DNA of 36,778 bases from a virus (Duplodnaviria; Caudoviricetes): IMG/VR virus record IMGVR_UViG_3300021066_000083, positions 1 through 36,778 of that record; one strand, given 5' to 3'. A program made the position numbers and the translations under genes. Of this stretch, positions 1-8,847 are shown one piece after another (position 1 is the first letter of the stretch; every line of letters starts with the position of its first letter). The notes under the pieces are model-generated. The model made no database searches. It saw only the letters and a program-made list of their open reading frames with translations, and was not told where the DNA came from.

Positions 1-1
1 A

Positions 2-43
2 GCCAAAGAGGCGGCGGTGAAGGACCAACTCGGTCGGGTCTGA
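2..43 (+). CDS. 3' end of an upstream gene (possibly capsid scaffold/assembly protein), partial
   Basis: Open frame AKEAAVKDQLGRV ending TGA at 41-43. The scaffold call rests only on position upstream of the capsid gene. Confidence 0.35.
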   Translation, partial: AKEAAVKDQLGRV

Positions 44-213
44 TCACGACCTTGAGGCCGCCGTAGTAGTAGCCGTCGCTTCGACGGTCGAACAGTGAGC
101 GTAGTCGGCGGAATTCCATCGCCGATACCACGAGGGGCTGGGGGGCCGACTCGTTTTCCATCCCCGCCATCATCCGTTTCGGGTCGAGCATCGATCCGGT
201 TTGGCACTTTTCG

Positions 214-400
214 GCCCGGTGGGGAACCACTGGGAGATCAAGGCCCGCAGCACTGGCTCGCCCGGCAACGGCGGCTGGCACGGCCCGTCATCTCGACGGC
301 ACCCCGCGCCCCCGCGACCGCCCGGTACACGATGAAGGCGCTGCTCTCTGAAGCATCTGCAACGGCTCGCCCGCTCACGGGCAGCCAAGCTCCAGGAGCA
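214..400 (+). promoter_or_regulatory. Structured 5' leader of the capsid gene
   Basis: Within a ~360-nt non-coding gap. Several GC hairpins; GGCTCGCCCG repeated at 255-264 and 364-373; hairpin 364-386 just before SD AGGAG (394-398). Confidence 0.45.
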
Positions 401-405
401 CCATC

Positions 406-1230
406 ATGGTCGAGAATACCGTTACCGCAACCCTCTATGCCTCCGAGTTCACGGAGAACTACGAGCAGAAGCAGTCGATGCTTCGCGGCACCGTGACCAC
501 CAAGGGCGAAGTGAAGGGCGAAAGCTTCATCTTCATCATCGAGTCGACCGCCGACACCGCCGTGACGCGCGGTGCCGATGGCCTCATCCCGCCGGCCGAC
601 GACAACCAGACGAGCGCCACCTGCACGCTGAACGAATACCATCACTTGGCGCGCAAGACGCAGTTCAACGTCTTCTCGTCCTCGGTTGATCAGCGCATGT
701 CGATGCAGCGCCGCGGCATCATCTCCATCAACAACAAGACCGACCAGCTGATCTTAACCCAGCTGGCCACCTCGGCCTACAACACTTCGTCTGCTGCCGC
801 GGCCTCGCTCGCCAAGGCACTGCTCGCGGTGTCGACGCTCGATACCAACTTCGTGCCCAACGACGGCGAGCGTTACGGCCTGCTGACGCCCGCCGCCTGG
901 GCGCAGATGATGAAGGTGACGCAGTTCGCCTCCGGCGACTACGTCCCCGACAAGCCGTTCATGAAGTACGTCCAGTGGCGCCAGTGGATGGGCGTCAAGT
1001 GGGCGATGCACCCGAACCTGCCGGGCAAGGGCACCAACAACGCCTCGTGCTTCGTCTATCACAAGTCCTCGGTGGGCCACGGCCTCAACCGCGGCGAGAT
1101 GCAGACGAAGATCGGCGTCAACGAGGAGCAGGACTACTCGTGGGCCCGCACCTCGTCCTTCCAGGGCGCCAAGATGCTGCTCGACGAGGGCACGGTGATC
1201 TGGGCGCACGACGACACGGCGGCCTTCTAA
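406..1230 (+). CDS. Major capsid protein, 274 aa
   Basis: SD AGGAG and strong codon bias. Pattern EF..YEQKQSMLRGTVTT...AVTRG.DGLIP...CTL.E.H.L.RKT.FNVF...INNKTDQLI is typical of HK97-fold capsids of podovirus-like proteobacterial phages. First gene of the structural module. Confidence 0.88.
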   Translation: MVENTVTATLYASEFTENYEQKQSMLRGTVTTKGEVKGESFIFIIESTADTAVTRGADGLIPPADDNQTSATCTLNEYHHLARKTQFNVFSSSVDQRMSMQRRGIISINNKTDQLILTQLATSAYNTSSAAAASLAKALLAVSTLDTNFVPNDGERYGLLTPAAWAQMMKVTQFASGDYVPDKPFMKYVQWRQWMGVKWAMHPNLPGKGTNNASCFVYHKSSVGHGLNRGEMQTKIGVNEEQDYSWARTSSFQGAKMLLDEGTVIWAHDDTAAF

Positions 1231-1231
1231 G

Positions 1232-1298
1232 CGCTGTCAACAATCCCCTGGGGCTGCGGCCCCGGGGGACTTGAACCACCTTCCTCGCTTGGACAGCG
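1232..1298 (+). promoter_or_regulatory. Intergenic RNA stem-loop after the capsid gene
   Basis: Hairpin TCCCCTGGGGC-TGCG-GCCCCGGGGGA (1244-1269) enclosed by CGCTGTC (1232-1238) / GACAGCG (1292-1298). No U-tract, so more likely an mRNA stability or processing element than a terminator. Confidence 0.5.
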
Positions 1299-1319
1299 AG
1301 CCCATTTAGGAGACCGACC

Positions 1320-2015
1320 ATGGCTTACAACACGCGCGAGCTGCGCCTGCTCACCTCGAAGTTCAACAACGGTGGTGGCGGCAACATCTGGACCTACGAC
1401 GATACCATCGCCGCTTCGGTCGCCTTTGCGGCCAACTACATCTCCGACGCTTCGGCGCGGGGCATGGAGGTGGGCGACAAGGTCATCTACCGCCGCTATG
1501 CCGACCTCGCCGCCAAGACCACGGCACCGACCGGCTACGCCGAGGGCTGGGTGACGGCCGTCGGCAGCTCCGGCGCTACGATCGTCGACTTCGGCGGCAC
1601 GCAGCCGCCGGTCGAGGACGCCCTGTCGGTGACGCTCACCGCCGCCCAGTCGGGCAGCGTCTGCATCTTCGACAAGGCCGACGGCGCCAAGTTCATCCTG
1701 CCGGCGGCGGCCCCCGGGCTCGAATTTGAGTTCGTCATCGCCGGCACGCCGTCGTCGGTCGGCCACCGCATTGAATGCGCCTCCGGTGACTTCCTCATCG
1801 GCTCGATCCTCATGGATGACGGCGACACGGGGCTCACCACCTCGGCCGCCGCCTTCAACGGCTCCTCGCACTTGGCTTGCGACATGAGCGAAGTTGCCAA
1901 GGGCTGGCTCGCCGGCGGCTTCCTCAAGGTCTCGGCCCGCACCGAGGTGCAGTGGCTCATTCGCGGCCACCTCCTGCACACCGGCAACGTTTCCTCGCCG
2001 GCCGCCACCTCGTAA
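1320..2015 (+). CDS. Putative capsid decoration/cement protein, 231 aa, apparently two domains
   Basis: SD AGGAG; directly follows the capsid gene. N-half (MAY...IWTY...NYISDA..RGM.VGD.VI) and C-half (VTLTAAQSG.V..FDKADG.KFILPAAAPGLEFEF) resemble small beta-rich phage structural proteins. Confidence 0.6.
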   Translation: MAYNTRELRLLTSKFNNGGGGNIWTYDDTIAASVAFAANYISDASARGMEVGDKVIYRRYADLAAKTTAPTGYAEGWVTAVGSSGATIVDFGGTQPPVEDALSVTLTAAQSGSVCIFDKADGAKFILPAAAPGLEFEFVIAGTPSSVGHRIECASGDFLIGSILMDDGDTGLTTSAAAFNGSSHLACDMSEVAKGWLAGGFLKVSARTEVQWLIRGHLLHTGNVSSPAATS

Positions 2016-2029
2016 GAGGCCGAACAGGG

Positions 2030-2058
2030 TTGACACGAATCGGGCCCGGCGGGACATT
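2030..2058 (+). promoter_or_regulatory. Candidate sigma70 promoter
   Basis: TTGACA (2030-2035), 17 nt, GACATT (2053-2058). Confidence 0.45.
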
Positions 2059-2073
2059 CTCGCCGGGCCTTTG
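2042..2073 (+). terminator. GC hairpin with short T tail after the decoration gene
   Basis: GGCCCGGCGGG-ACATT-CTCGCCGGGCC followed by TTTG. Confidence 0.5.
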
Positions 2074-2101
2074 CCGTCCTCGTGCGGCAGCGGACTCCAC
2101 C

Positions 2102-2149
2102 AGGGAAGCCGTCACGTCCTATCATGGGGCGGGCGGCTTTTCCCGTTTC
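2102..2149 (+). terminator. Long hairpin, terminator-like
   Basis: GGGAAGCCGTC...GGCGGCTTTTCCC stem with inner CGTCCTA/TGGGGCG pairing, followed by GTTTCT. Confidence 0.45.
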
Positions 2150-2209
2150 TGGCACACGTCGAATCGCATAAGAGTTTCTCCACAAGTTTCGCACCTGGGA
2201 GCCAGCGCC

Positions 2210-2548
2210 ATGGACAAGCACGAATACCTCTATCGCCTGCGCCTGCAGTGGGCGCCGGATGGCGAGCTGGCGTTGGCCGAGACGGTGCACAAGACGCAGT
2301 TCGTCGACGCCGGCAAGGTGGTCGGCGCCGGCGAGGACCGGGTGACCACGGTGACGCCGGCGAAGATGAGCAAGACGGCGCAGGCGGCGCTCGACGCCTT
2401 CGCCAAGGCGCTCGCCTCCGACCAAGCCGAGGCCGAAGCCGAGGCCAAGCGCAAGGCCGCCGCGGAGGAAGCCGCCGCCAAGAAGGCCGCCGAGAAGGCG
2501 GAAGCCGATCGCAAGGCCGCCGAGGAGGCCGCCAAGGAAAAAACGTAG
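2210..2548 (+). CDS. Hypothetical protein, 112 aa, Ala/Lys/Glu-rich helical C-terminus
   Basis: ATG 2210 preceded by GGGAG; typical codon usage from this ATG onward; C-terminal AEEAAAKKAAEKAEA-type repeats. Confidence 0.75.
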   Translation: MDKHEYLYRLRLQWAPDGELALAETVHKTQFVDAGKVVGAGEDRVTTVTPAKMSKTAQAALDAFAKALASDQAEAEAEAKRKAAAEEAAAKKAAEKAEADRKAAEEAAKEKT

Positions 2549-2554
2549 GGTGCC

Positions 2555-2773
2555 ATGCACAAGTTGGTCACACCGCAACGCAGTGAAGCATTGAACGAAG
2601 CATTGAACGTTCTCTGCGACGAGGAGGCCAACTGGGCGACACGGGCGGCAGTGGCCCAGCGCCTGCGGGCCGCCTTCAACATGCCGACCGAGCACGTCGA
2701 GGAGTGCGGCGTGCACCAGGACGACTGCGACTGCGACTGCGAGTTCTGGGATGCGCCGCACGTCGAGCACTAG
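2555..2773 (+). CDS. Small hypothetical protein, 72 aa, with Cys/His-rich acidic C-terminus
   Basis: Fills the gap between neighbouring genes; HVEECGVHQDDCDCDCEFW motif. Confidence 0.6.
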   Translation: MHKLVTPQRSEALNEALNVLCDEEANWATRAAVAQRLRAAFNMPTEHVEECGVHQDDCDCDCEFWDAPHVEH

Positions 2774-2805
2774 CCGAGGCAGGGCTAATCGAGACAGGGG
2801 GACCT

Positions 2806-3420
2806 ATGACGACCGAAGCGGACAAGGCGAAGATCGACAAGAAGAAGCGGGAGGAGACCCGCGAAGCCATGCAGGCCGAGGAGGATGCGCGCAACGCCGT
2901 GGCGGTGAGCACCGATAGCGCCAAGCCGGCGGCGGTTGTGCCGATGAGCAACGTGGCGAAGGCGGCGATGCCGCGCCACCGGCAGATCGTGTCGACCGCC
3001 TACAACACCCACGCCATCGAGTGCCCGGGGATGAGCTTGGCGGAGTTCCTGGCGCTGCAGATCGATGAGGGCGCTGAGAAGCGCTATCTCTACACGCTGA
3101 TCAAGTATTTCAAGCGCTACGATCTGCTCGTCCTCTACGACGAGCCGCGCTCTTGGGAGGTGCACGCCCGCCTCATGAAGATCGATACCGAGCTGCAGAC
3201 CGTGCACCTCTCGCCCATCCACATCGTCGAGCACAATCTGGTGGCGACGGCGCGCGTTAAGCTCGGCGACATCACGGTGCTACACCTGGGCGATGCTCTC
3301 AAGTGGTGCGTACTGCACGGCAAGACGCGCCTCAAGACGGGGTTCGATTCCAAGGTCGAGGCCGAGCAGTGGCTCTCCCGCTACAAGGCGGCAGCGGTGG
3401 CCGACGGCAAGGCAGCTTAA
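2806..3420 (+). CDS. Hypothetical phage protein, 204 aa
   Basis: SD AGGGGGA before ATG 2806; strong codon bias; globular C-terminal two-thirds. Confidence 0.8.
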   Translation: MTTEADKAKIDKKKREETREAMQAEEDARNAVAVSTDSAKPAAVVPMSNVAKAAMPRHRQIVSTAYNTHAIECPGMSLAEFLALQIDEGAEKRYLYTLIKYFKRYDLLVLYDEPRSWEVHARLMKIDTELQTVHLSPIHIVEHNLVATARVKLGDITVLHLGDALKWCVLHGKTRLKTGFDSKVEAEQWLSRYKAAAVADGKAA

Positions 3421-3452
3421 AGAGTTTAGCAGCTGGGCGAGTGCAGCGCGTA

Positions 3453-3478
3453 GGGCCTCACGGGAAACTGTGAGGCCC
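3453..3478 (+). promoter_or_regulatory. GAAA-tetraloop hairpin upstream of the tail genes
   Basis: GGGCCTCACGG-GAAA-CTGTGAGGCCC; no U-tract. Confidence 0.45.
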
Positions 3479-3498
3479 GCATCGTAACGGGGGGAACG

Positions 3499-4110
3499 AT
3501 GGCGACCAAGCTCTCTGTGTTCAACGAGGCGCTGCGCATTCTTGCCCAGCCGCTGGTCGCCTCGCCCTCCGGGCCCGGCGAGGACCTGCGCCAGCTCAAC
3601 GGCGCCTGGGACAGCGTCATTCGCGCCTGCTACGAGATCGGCAACTGGAACTTTCTCGTCACCCGCGCCGAACTGGCGCGCGCCGCCGAGGTTCCGGTGT
3701 GGGGCTACAGCTATTACTACACGCTGCCCACCGACTTCTCGCGCGTCGTGGAAATCAGCGAGACCGGCGTCAATCACGACCCTTTGCTGCGCTATGAGAT
3801 CGAGCGCGGCAAGGTGGCGACCAACGTCGAGACCGTTTACCTCAAATACATCTCGACCAACATCGCCGCCATCACGCCCGGCGATTGGAGCCAAGCTTTT
3901 GCCGATTACGTCGGCGCCTCGCTGGCCCTGCGCACCGCTCCCAAGCTCAACCCCGCCAACCTGGAGCTGGCCGACGGCTTGGTGAAGTCGAGCCGTGTGC
4001 GGGCGCTGTCGACCGACGCCATTCAGAATCCCCCGGCCATGCGCCAGCAAGGCAACTGGGCCCGAGCGGCACGCGGCATGCGCCGCAACCAGGAGCAGGG
4101 GAGTTTCTGA
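3499..4110 (+). CDS. Tail adaptor / tail tubular protein A (T7 gp11-like), 203 aa
   Basis: MATKLSVFNEAL..L; WNF..TRAEL...P.WGY.Y.Y.LP.DF.R; Y.IE.G...TN...VYLKYI; W...FAD.V...LA; synteny. Confidence 0.85.
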   Translation: MATKLSVFNEALRILAQPLVASPSGPGEDLRQLNGAWDSVIRACYEIGNWNFLVTRAELARAAEVPVWGYSYYYTLPTDFSRVVEISETGVNHDPLLRYEIERGKVATNVETVYLKYISTNIAAITPGDWSQAFADYVGASLALRTAPKLNPANLELADGLVKSSRVRALSTDAIQNPPAMRQQGNWARAARGMRRNQEQGSF

Positions 4111-7100
4111 TGGCTCCGAAGATTGCCCTCGCCTCCAGCCAGAACCTCGACGTCACCTCTTTCAATGCCGGCGAGATCGGCAAGGAAATCCAGGGACGCA
4201 CCTCGCTGGAGCGCTACGCGGCGACTGCCGACATCCTGGAGAATATGTGGCCCCTGCCGGAAGGGCCAATGACCTTGCGTCCGGGCTTTGGCTTCTATTC
4301 CGAGTTCGAGAGCCTGACGCGACTGCGCCGCTGGGTGTTTTCGCTCGACCAAAAGCACTTGATGGCGTTTTCCGACAATGAGCTGCGCATCGTTCAGGAT
4401 GGCGGCGTGCTGGCCCGTCCCGCGGTTTCCTCGACCGTCACCAACGGCGCCTTTGCGGCGCTCACCGGGTGGACAAACATCTCGGCCGGCGGCGGCAGCG
4501 CTGCCGCGTCCTCCGGCTTCCTGACGCTGGCTTCCGACGGCACCTCGATTGCCGGGGTGCGGCAGCAGGTTTCGACGTCCAACGCCGGCACCCTGCATGC
4601 CCTGCGCGTCGTCGTTGCGCGCGGACCCGTCAAGCTCAAGGTCGGCTCGGCGTCGGGCGGCGATCAGTACATCACCACCACCGAGCTGCGCACCGGCACG
4701 CACTCGCTGGCCTTTACCCCGACGGGTTCCTACTGGATCGAAATCTGGTCGAGCCTGAAGCGCACCATCCTCGTCGATAGCGCCACCATCGAGGCGGCCG
4801 GCGACCTCGTGCTGCCGACGCCGTGGCTGGCCGCCGACTACAATACCCTGCGCTTCGAGCAGTCGCGCGACGTGCTCTACGTCTCCTATGGAACCGGCGT
4901 CAAGAAGCGCATCGAGCGGCGCGCCGCCAACTCCTGGTCGATCACCGACTCGGACGAAAAAGACGGACCGTTCCTCGAAGCCAACGTCGATGAATCGATC
5001 TCGATTACCCCGTCGGTCACCTCCGGTAATGGCACCCTCACCGCCTCGGTTGGCGTCTTTCAGGCGGGCCACGTCGGGGCGCTGTGGAAGCTGACCCACG
5101 CCGGGCAGCTGGTCTCTCGCGCCGTCACCGCCGAAAACCAGTTCTCCGACCCGGTGCGCGTCACCGGCGTCGGCGCGGCCTCGCGCACCGTTACCGTCAA
5201 CATCACCGGCAGCTGGTCGGACATCACCGTCACGGTGCAGAAATCGATCGGCAACCCCGGCGACTGGTCGGACGTCTCCTCCTACACCGCCAATCAGTCG
5301 AGCGTCACCATCGTCGACGGCTCCGACAACGAGATCGTCTACTACCGCATCGGCGTCAAGACCGGCAACTATCCGGCCGGCGTCGCCGTCTCCAATGCCG
5401 TCAATAACGGCTCCGGCCTCATTCGTCTCACCGTCACCTCGACCACCGGCTGGTCGACCGGCGAAGCCAAGCTCATCTCCGGCGTCGGTGGCGTCACCAA
5501 CGCCAACGGCACGTTCACCATCACCGTCATCAATGCCACGACCATCGATCTGCAGGCCTCGACCTTTGCCGGCACCTACACCTCGGGCGGCTCGGTCGGT
5601 CCCGGAATTCCGACCGTGCAGCTGTCCTACGGCGGCGGCTCGACCGACGGCATCGCTCGCATCACCGGCTACACCTCGCCGACGCTGGTCGACATCGAGG
5701 TGCTTTCCCAGTTCGCCGCCGCGACGGCGACCAGCTTCTGGTCGGAAGGTTCGTGGAGCGATGTGCGCGGCTGGCCGAAGGGCATTGGCCTGTTCGACGG
5801 CCGCCTGTGGAACGGCTACGCCGATGAGTTCTGGGGCTCGCAGTCCGACCTCTATGAAAGCCAAGCCATCGGCGATGAGGACGATGACGCCATCAACCGG
5901 CTGATCGCCACCGGCAACGTCGCGCAAATCCAGGCCATCCTGCCGCTGCGCCGGCTGATCATGCTCACTGACTCGGGCGAGGTGGTGGTCAAGGCGTCCG
6001 ACTACGACGAGGCCCTGACCCCGGCCAACAACTCGGTGCGCGACGTTGCCTCCTTCGGCGCTGCCGACCTTGCGCCATACAAGCTCGACAACAAGGGCAT
6101 CTACGTCGACCGCTCCAGCATCCACGTCATGGAGCTGAGCTACTCGGTCGATGCCCAGGACTATGTGGCGAGCCCCTTGACGCGCCTGCACAAGAACATC
6201 GGCCGCCCGGGGCTCACCAAGATCGCCTTCTCGCGTCGCCCCGAGACGCGCATGTGGGCAACACGTTCCGATGGGCAGCTGGTGGTCAAGCTCTACGAGC
6301 CGGGCGAGAACGTGCTCGGCTGGGCGCGCGCCAAGACGGCACTCGGCGACAAGATGATCGACGTCGAGGTCCTGCCCGGGGCGGCCGGCGAGGGCGAGGA
6401 CGAGGTGTGGGCGATGTTCCAGCGGCGTCTCACCGACGGCTTCCACTACTACCTGGAGAAGCTCGGGCCGTTCTACTACGAGACGCTGGCCGACGCCTCC
6501 TGCCTCGACAGCTTCGTGCGCGTCGATGGGCCGGAGTGCGAGGCGGTCACCTTCTCCGGCAGTACCTACCTGGAGCGCGGCGCCGATCTCACCGGCGTCG
6601 CCAACGGCAAGGCGGGGCTCGTCTCCTTCTGGACGAAGTTCGCCTCGGACAGCGACGACGTCGAGCAGACCCTCTATGCCTCGACCGGCGAATACCTGCA
6701 CATCCGCCGCACCTCCGGCAACAAGTGGCGCATCTCCGGCAAGAACGCCGCCGGCGCCGTCATTCTCGACATGACCTCGGCCTCGGAGTGGACGGCGGAC
6801 AGCGGCTGGCACCACGTGCTTATCGCCTGGGACTTGGCGACGGGCGCCGGCCGCCTGCGCATCAACGGGGTAGACGACCGCGCCGCCGCGCCAACGCTGA
6901 CCAACGACACGCTCGACTATACGCGCGTCAACCATCATCTGGGCGTCAAGTCGGACGCTACCTTGAAGCTCAACGCCGACATCGCCCAGCTGTACGTCAA
7001 TCTGGCGGCGACCCTCGACATCTCGACCGCCGCCAACCAAGCCAAGTTCCGCTCCGCCTCCGGCTGGCCGGTGCAGCTGGGAACAAGCGGGGCAACGCCG

Positions 7101-7751
7101 ACCGGGGCTGCCCCGGCGATCCTCCTCAATGGCGACCAGGACGGCTTCGGCACCAACGCCGGCACGGCCGGCAACTTCACCACCATCGCCGGGGTGCTCT
7201 ATGACGCCGAAGACGGTCCGCCCAAAGCCCACCTCGCCGCCACCTCGACGGTGATCAGCGGCCTCGATCACCTGGAGGGCTTGGAGGTGACGGCCTGGGT
7301 CGACGGCATCGACCTCGGCGAATACACGGTCGAGGACGGGGAGATCGACGTCGGCATCCAGCCGGGCCAGAGCGTCGTCGGGCTGACCTACACCGGCCGC
7401 TACCGCTCCTCGAAGCTGGCGCTGTCATCGCAAATGGGGACTTCGCTGGCCCAGCGCCAGCAGAGCACTTCTATCATCCTGCTGCTCAATGAATCGGGCA
7501 CCGACATCGAGTACGGCTCCGACTTCACCACCATGGACAATGTCGGCAACAAGGACTTGGCGCTCTACTCGGCCGGCATTGACGATGAGGGAGAGCTGAT
7601 TGAGGGGGCGCTGATTTCCGGCATCACCGAGCAGCTGCCGATGCCGGGCGGCATGAACCGCGATCCACGCTTGTGCATTCGCTGCACCGGCCCGGCGCCG
7701 GCGACCATTCAGGGCTACGTGGTGGGCGAGAAAATGGCGGAGCGCACATGA
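4110..7751 (+). CDS. Tail nozzle / tail tubular protein B (T7 gp12-like), 1213 aa, with inserted domains
   Basis: ATG overlaps the upstream TGA. N-terminal SFNAGE...GRT.LERY...LENM.PLP.GP...RPG; EQSRDVLY; GWP...LFDGRLW; C-terminal ISGLDHLEG.EV...VGL.Y. Confidence 0.88.
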   Translation: MAPKIALASSQNLDVTSFNAGEIGKEIQGRTSLERYAATADILENMWPLPEGPMTLRPGFGFYSEFESLTRLRRWVFSLDQKHLMAFSDNELRIVQDGGVLARPAVSSTVTNGAFAALTGWTNISAGGGSAAASSGFLTLASDGTSIAGVRQQVSTSNAGTLHALRVVVARGPVKLKVGSASGGDQYITTTELRTGTHSLAFTPTGSYWIEIWSSLKRTILVDSATIEAAGDLVLPTPWLAADYNTLRFEQSRDVLYVSYGTGVKKRIERRAANSWSITDSDEKDGPFLEANVDESISITPSVTSGNGTLTASVGVFQAGHVGALWKLTHAGQLVSRAVTAENQFSDPVRVTGVGAASRTVTVNITGSWSDITVTVQKSIGNPGDWSDVSSYTANQSSVTIVDGSDNEIVYYRIGVKTGNYPAGVAVSNAVNNGSGLIRLTVTSTTGWSTGEAKLISGVGGVTNANGTFTITVINATTIDLQASTFAGTYTSGGSVGPGIPTVQLSYGGGSTDGIARITGYTSPTLVDIEVLSQFAAATATSFWSEGSWSDVRGWPKGIGLFDGRLWNGYADEFWGSQSDLYESQAIGDEDDDAINRLIATGNVAQIQAILPLRRLIMLTDSGEVVVKASDYDEALTPANNSVRDVASFGAADLAPYKLDNKGIYVDRSSIHVMELSYSVDAQDYVASPLTRLHKNIGRPGLTKIAFSRRPETRMWATRSDGQLVVKLYEPGENVLGWARAKTALGDKMIDVEVLPGAAGEGEDEVWAMFQRRLTDGFHYYLEKLGPFYYETLADASCLDSFVRVDGPECEAVTFSGSTYLERGADLTGVANGKAGLVSFWTKFASDSDDVEQTLYASTGEYLHIRRTSGNKWRISGKNAAGAVILDMTSASEWTADSGWHHVLIAWDLATGAGRLRINGVDDRAAAPTLTNDTLDYTRVNHHLGVKSDATLKLNADIAQLYVNLAATLDISTAANQAKFRSASGWPVQLGTSGATPTGAAPAILLNGDQDGFGTNAGTAGNFTTIAGVLYDAEDGPPKAHLAATSTVISGLDHLEGLEVTAWVDGIDLGEYTVEDGEIDVGIQPGQSVVGLTYTGRYRSSKLALSSQMGTSLAQRQQSTSIILLLNESGTDIEYGSDFTTMDNVGNKDLALYSAGIDDEGELIEGALISGITEQLPMPGGMNRDPRLCIRCTGPAPATIQGYVVGEKMAERT

Positions 7752-8176
7752 GCCTGGGCGCCCTGCAGCTGGCCCTATTCAAGGCCGCCGACGCCGCCAT
7801 CGAAGGCTTCGACGGCAGCTGGCCGATCTGCGGGCTCACCTGCCGCACCCATACCGGACGGCTCATCGCCTACGGCGGGGTGCAGGTGTTCGACAACCAC
7901 CGCTGGGTGTTTTTCAAGGCCTTCGATTCGCGCATTCGCCGTCACCGCTTCCTGGTGCATCGCCTCGCCGTCAAACTGATCAGGGAAGCAACGAGCGTCG
8001 ATGACCGGCCGCTGTATGCGCTGTGCGATGAAAGCCAGCCGCGCGCCGCGGTCTGGTTGCAGCGGCTCGGCTTCCGGCCGCTGGCGCCCCATGAAAAGAA
8101 TGCGTCGATTCGTATAGCGGAAAAGTCAGAGAATCAGCCAGCGTGGATTCGTGAACATAGAAGGGGGACAGTCTGA
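7748..8176 (+). CDS. GNAT-fold internal virion/assembly protein (T7 gp13-like), 142 aa
   Basis: ATGA overlap with the nozzle stop; LYALCDESQPRAAVWLQRLGFRP motif; position after the nozzle. Confidence 0.7.
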   Translation: MSLGALQLALFKAADAAIEGFDGSWPICGLTCRTHTGRLIAYGGVQVFDNHRWVFFKAFDSRIRRHRFLVHRLAVKLIREATSVDDRPLYALCDESQPRAAVWLQRLGFRPLAPHEKNASIRIAEKSENQPAWIREHRRGTV

Positions 8177-8829
8177 TGGCCGCGATTGCACCGTTCATTG
8201 CCATCGCCGCGACCGTCGCCTCGACGGGTGTGGCGGTCTATAGCCAGTACCGGCAGCAGCAGGCGAGCGAGGCGGGGGCAGAGACGCAGCGTCGTCTCGA
8301 CGAGGAGCGTGCCGTCGCCCTCGGCCGGCAGGCGACCCAAGAGCGGGTCAACGCCGGCCAGCAGCGGGCCGTCGCCCAGCGCCGCGCCGAGGAGCGCCAG
8401 GACGAAGCTCGGCGGCTCGTCGCCAAACAGAACGCCCGCTTCGCCGCATCCGGCGGTGGCACCGAGGGCTCGGCCGCGGCGATCATGGGCGAAACCGTCA
8501 AGCAGGGCGACTACAACGCCGAGCTGGAGCTGTGGCAGGGCAAGGAAAAAGGCCGCGCCCACCTCGCCAACGCCTACGACGCCGACACGCAGGCGACCAT
8601 CACCCGCGCCGGAGCCAATGCCCGGGTCGAGGCGGCGAAGAACGCCCGCGGCGGCACCTATCTCAATATGGCGGGGACTATTCTTTCGGGGGTCGGGAAG
8701 GTTGCCGGGCAGATGCCGGCCGGCGGCGGCTCCGACGGCGGCACGGCGCGCATCGCCTATGACCATGACGAGCCCTCGGGCTGGCGCACCTCGACCTATC
8801 GCAACGTCCCCGAGTACGAGTTCGGCTAA
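8176..8829 (+). CDS. Internal virion (ejection) protein, T7 gp14-like, 217 aa
   Basis: Hydrophobic N-terminus, Q/A/R-rich coiled coil, Q.ARFAASGG...GSA motif, C-terminal AGTILSG; synteny. Confidence 0.8.
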   Translation: MAAIAPFIAIAATVASTGVAVYSQYRQQQASEAGAETQRRLDEERAVALGRQATQERVNAGQQRAVAQRRAEERQDEARRLVAKQNARFAASGGGTEGSAAAIMGETVKQGDYNAELELWQGKEKGRAHLANAYDADTQATITRAGANARVEAAKNARGGTYLNMAGTILSGVGKVAGQMPAGGGSDGGTARIAYDHDEPSGWRTSTYRNVPEYEFG

Positions 8830-8847
8830 GAGAGCGAGACCTGACGC

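Noticed and set aside
95-496. 133-aa ORF across the capsid leader
   Set aside because: P/R/S-rich, lacks codon bias, and overlaps the capsid start out of frame.
1228-1320. Capsid stop-codon readthrough or frameshift fusing capsid to the next gene (T7 10B-like)
   Set aside because: The downstream gene is in a different frame, has its own SD, and no slippery heptamer is evident near the stop.
3885-4109. Upstream extensions in the ORF track (3885, also 1877, 2704, 7673, 11085, 29863)
   Set aside because: Downstream ATGs (4110, 2210, 2806, 7748, 11088, 30388) have an SD or stop-start coupling, and most of the extensions overlap real genes.
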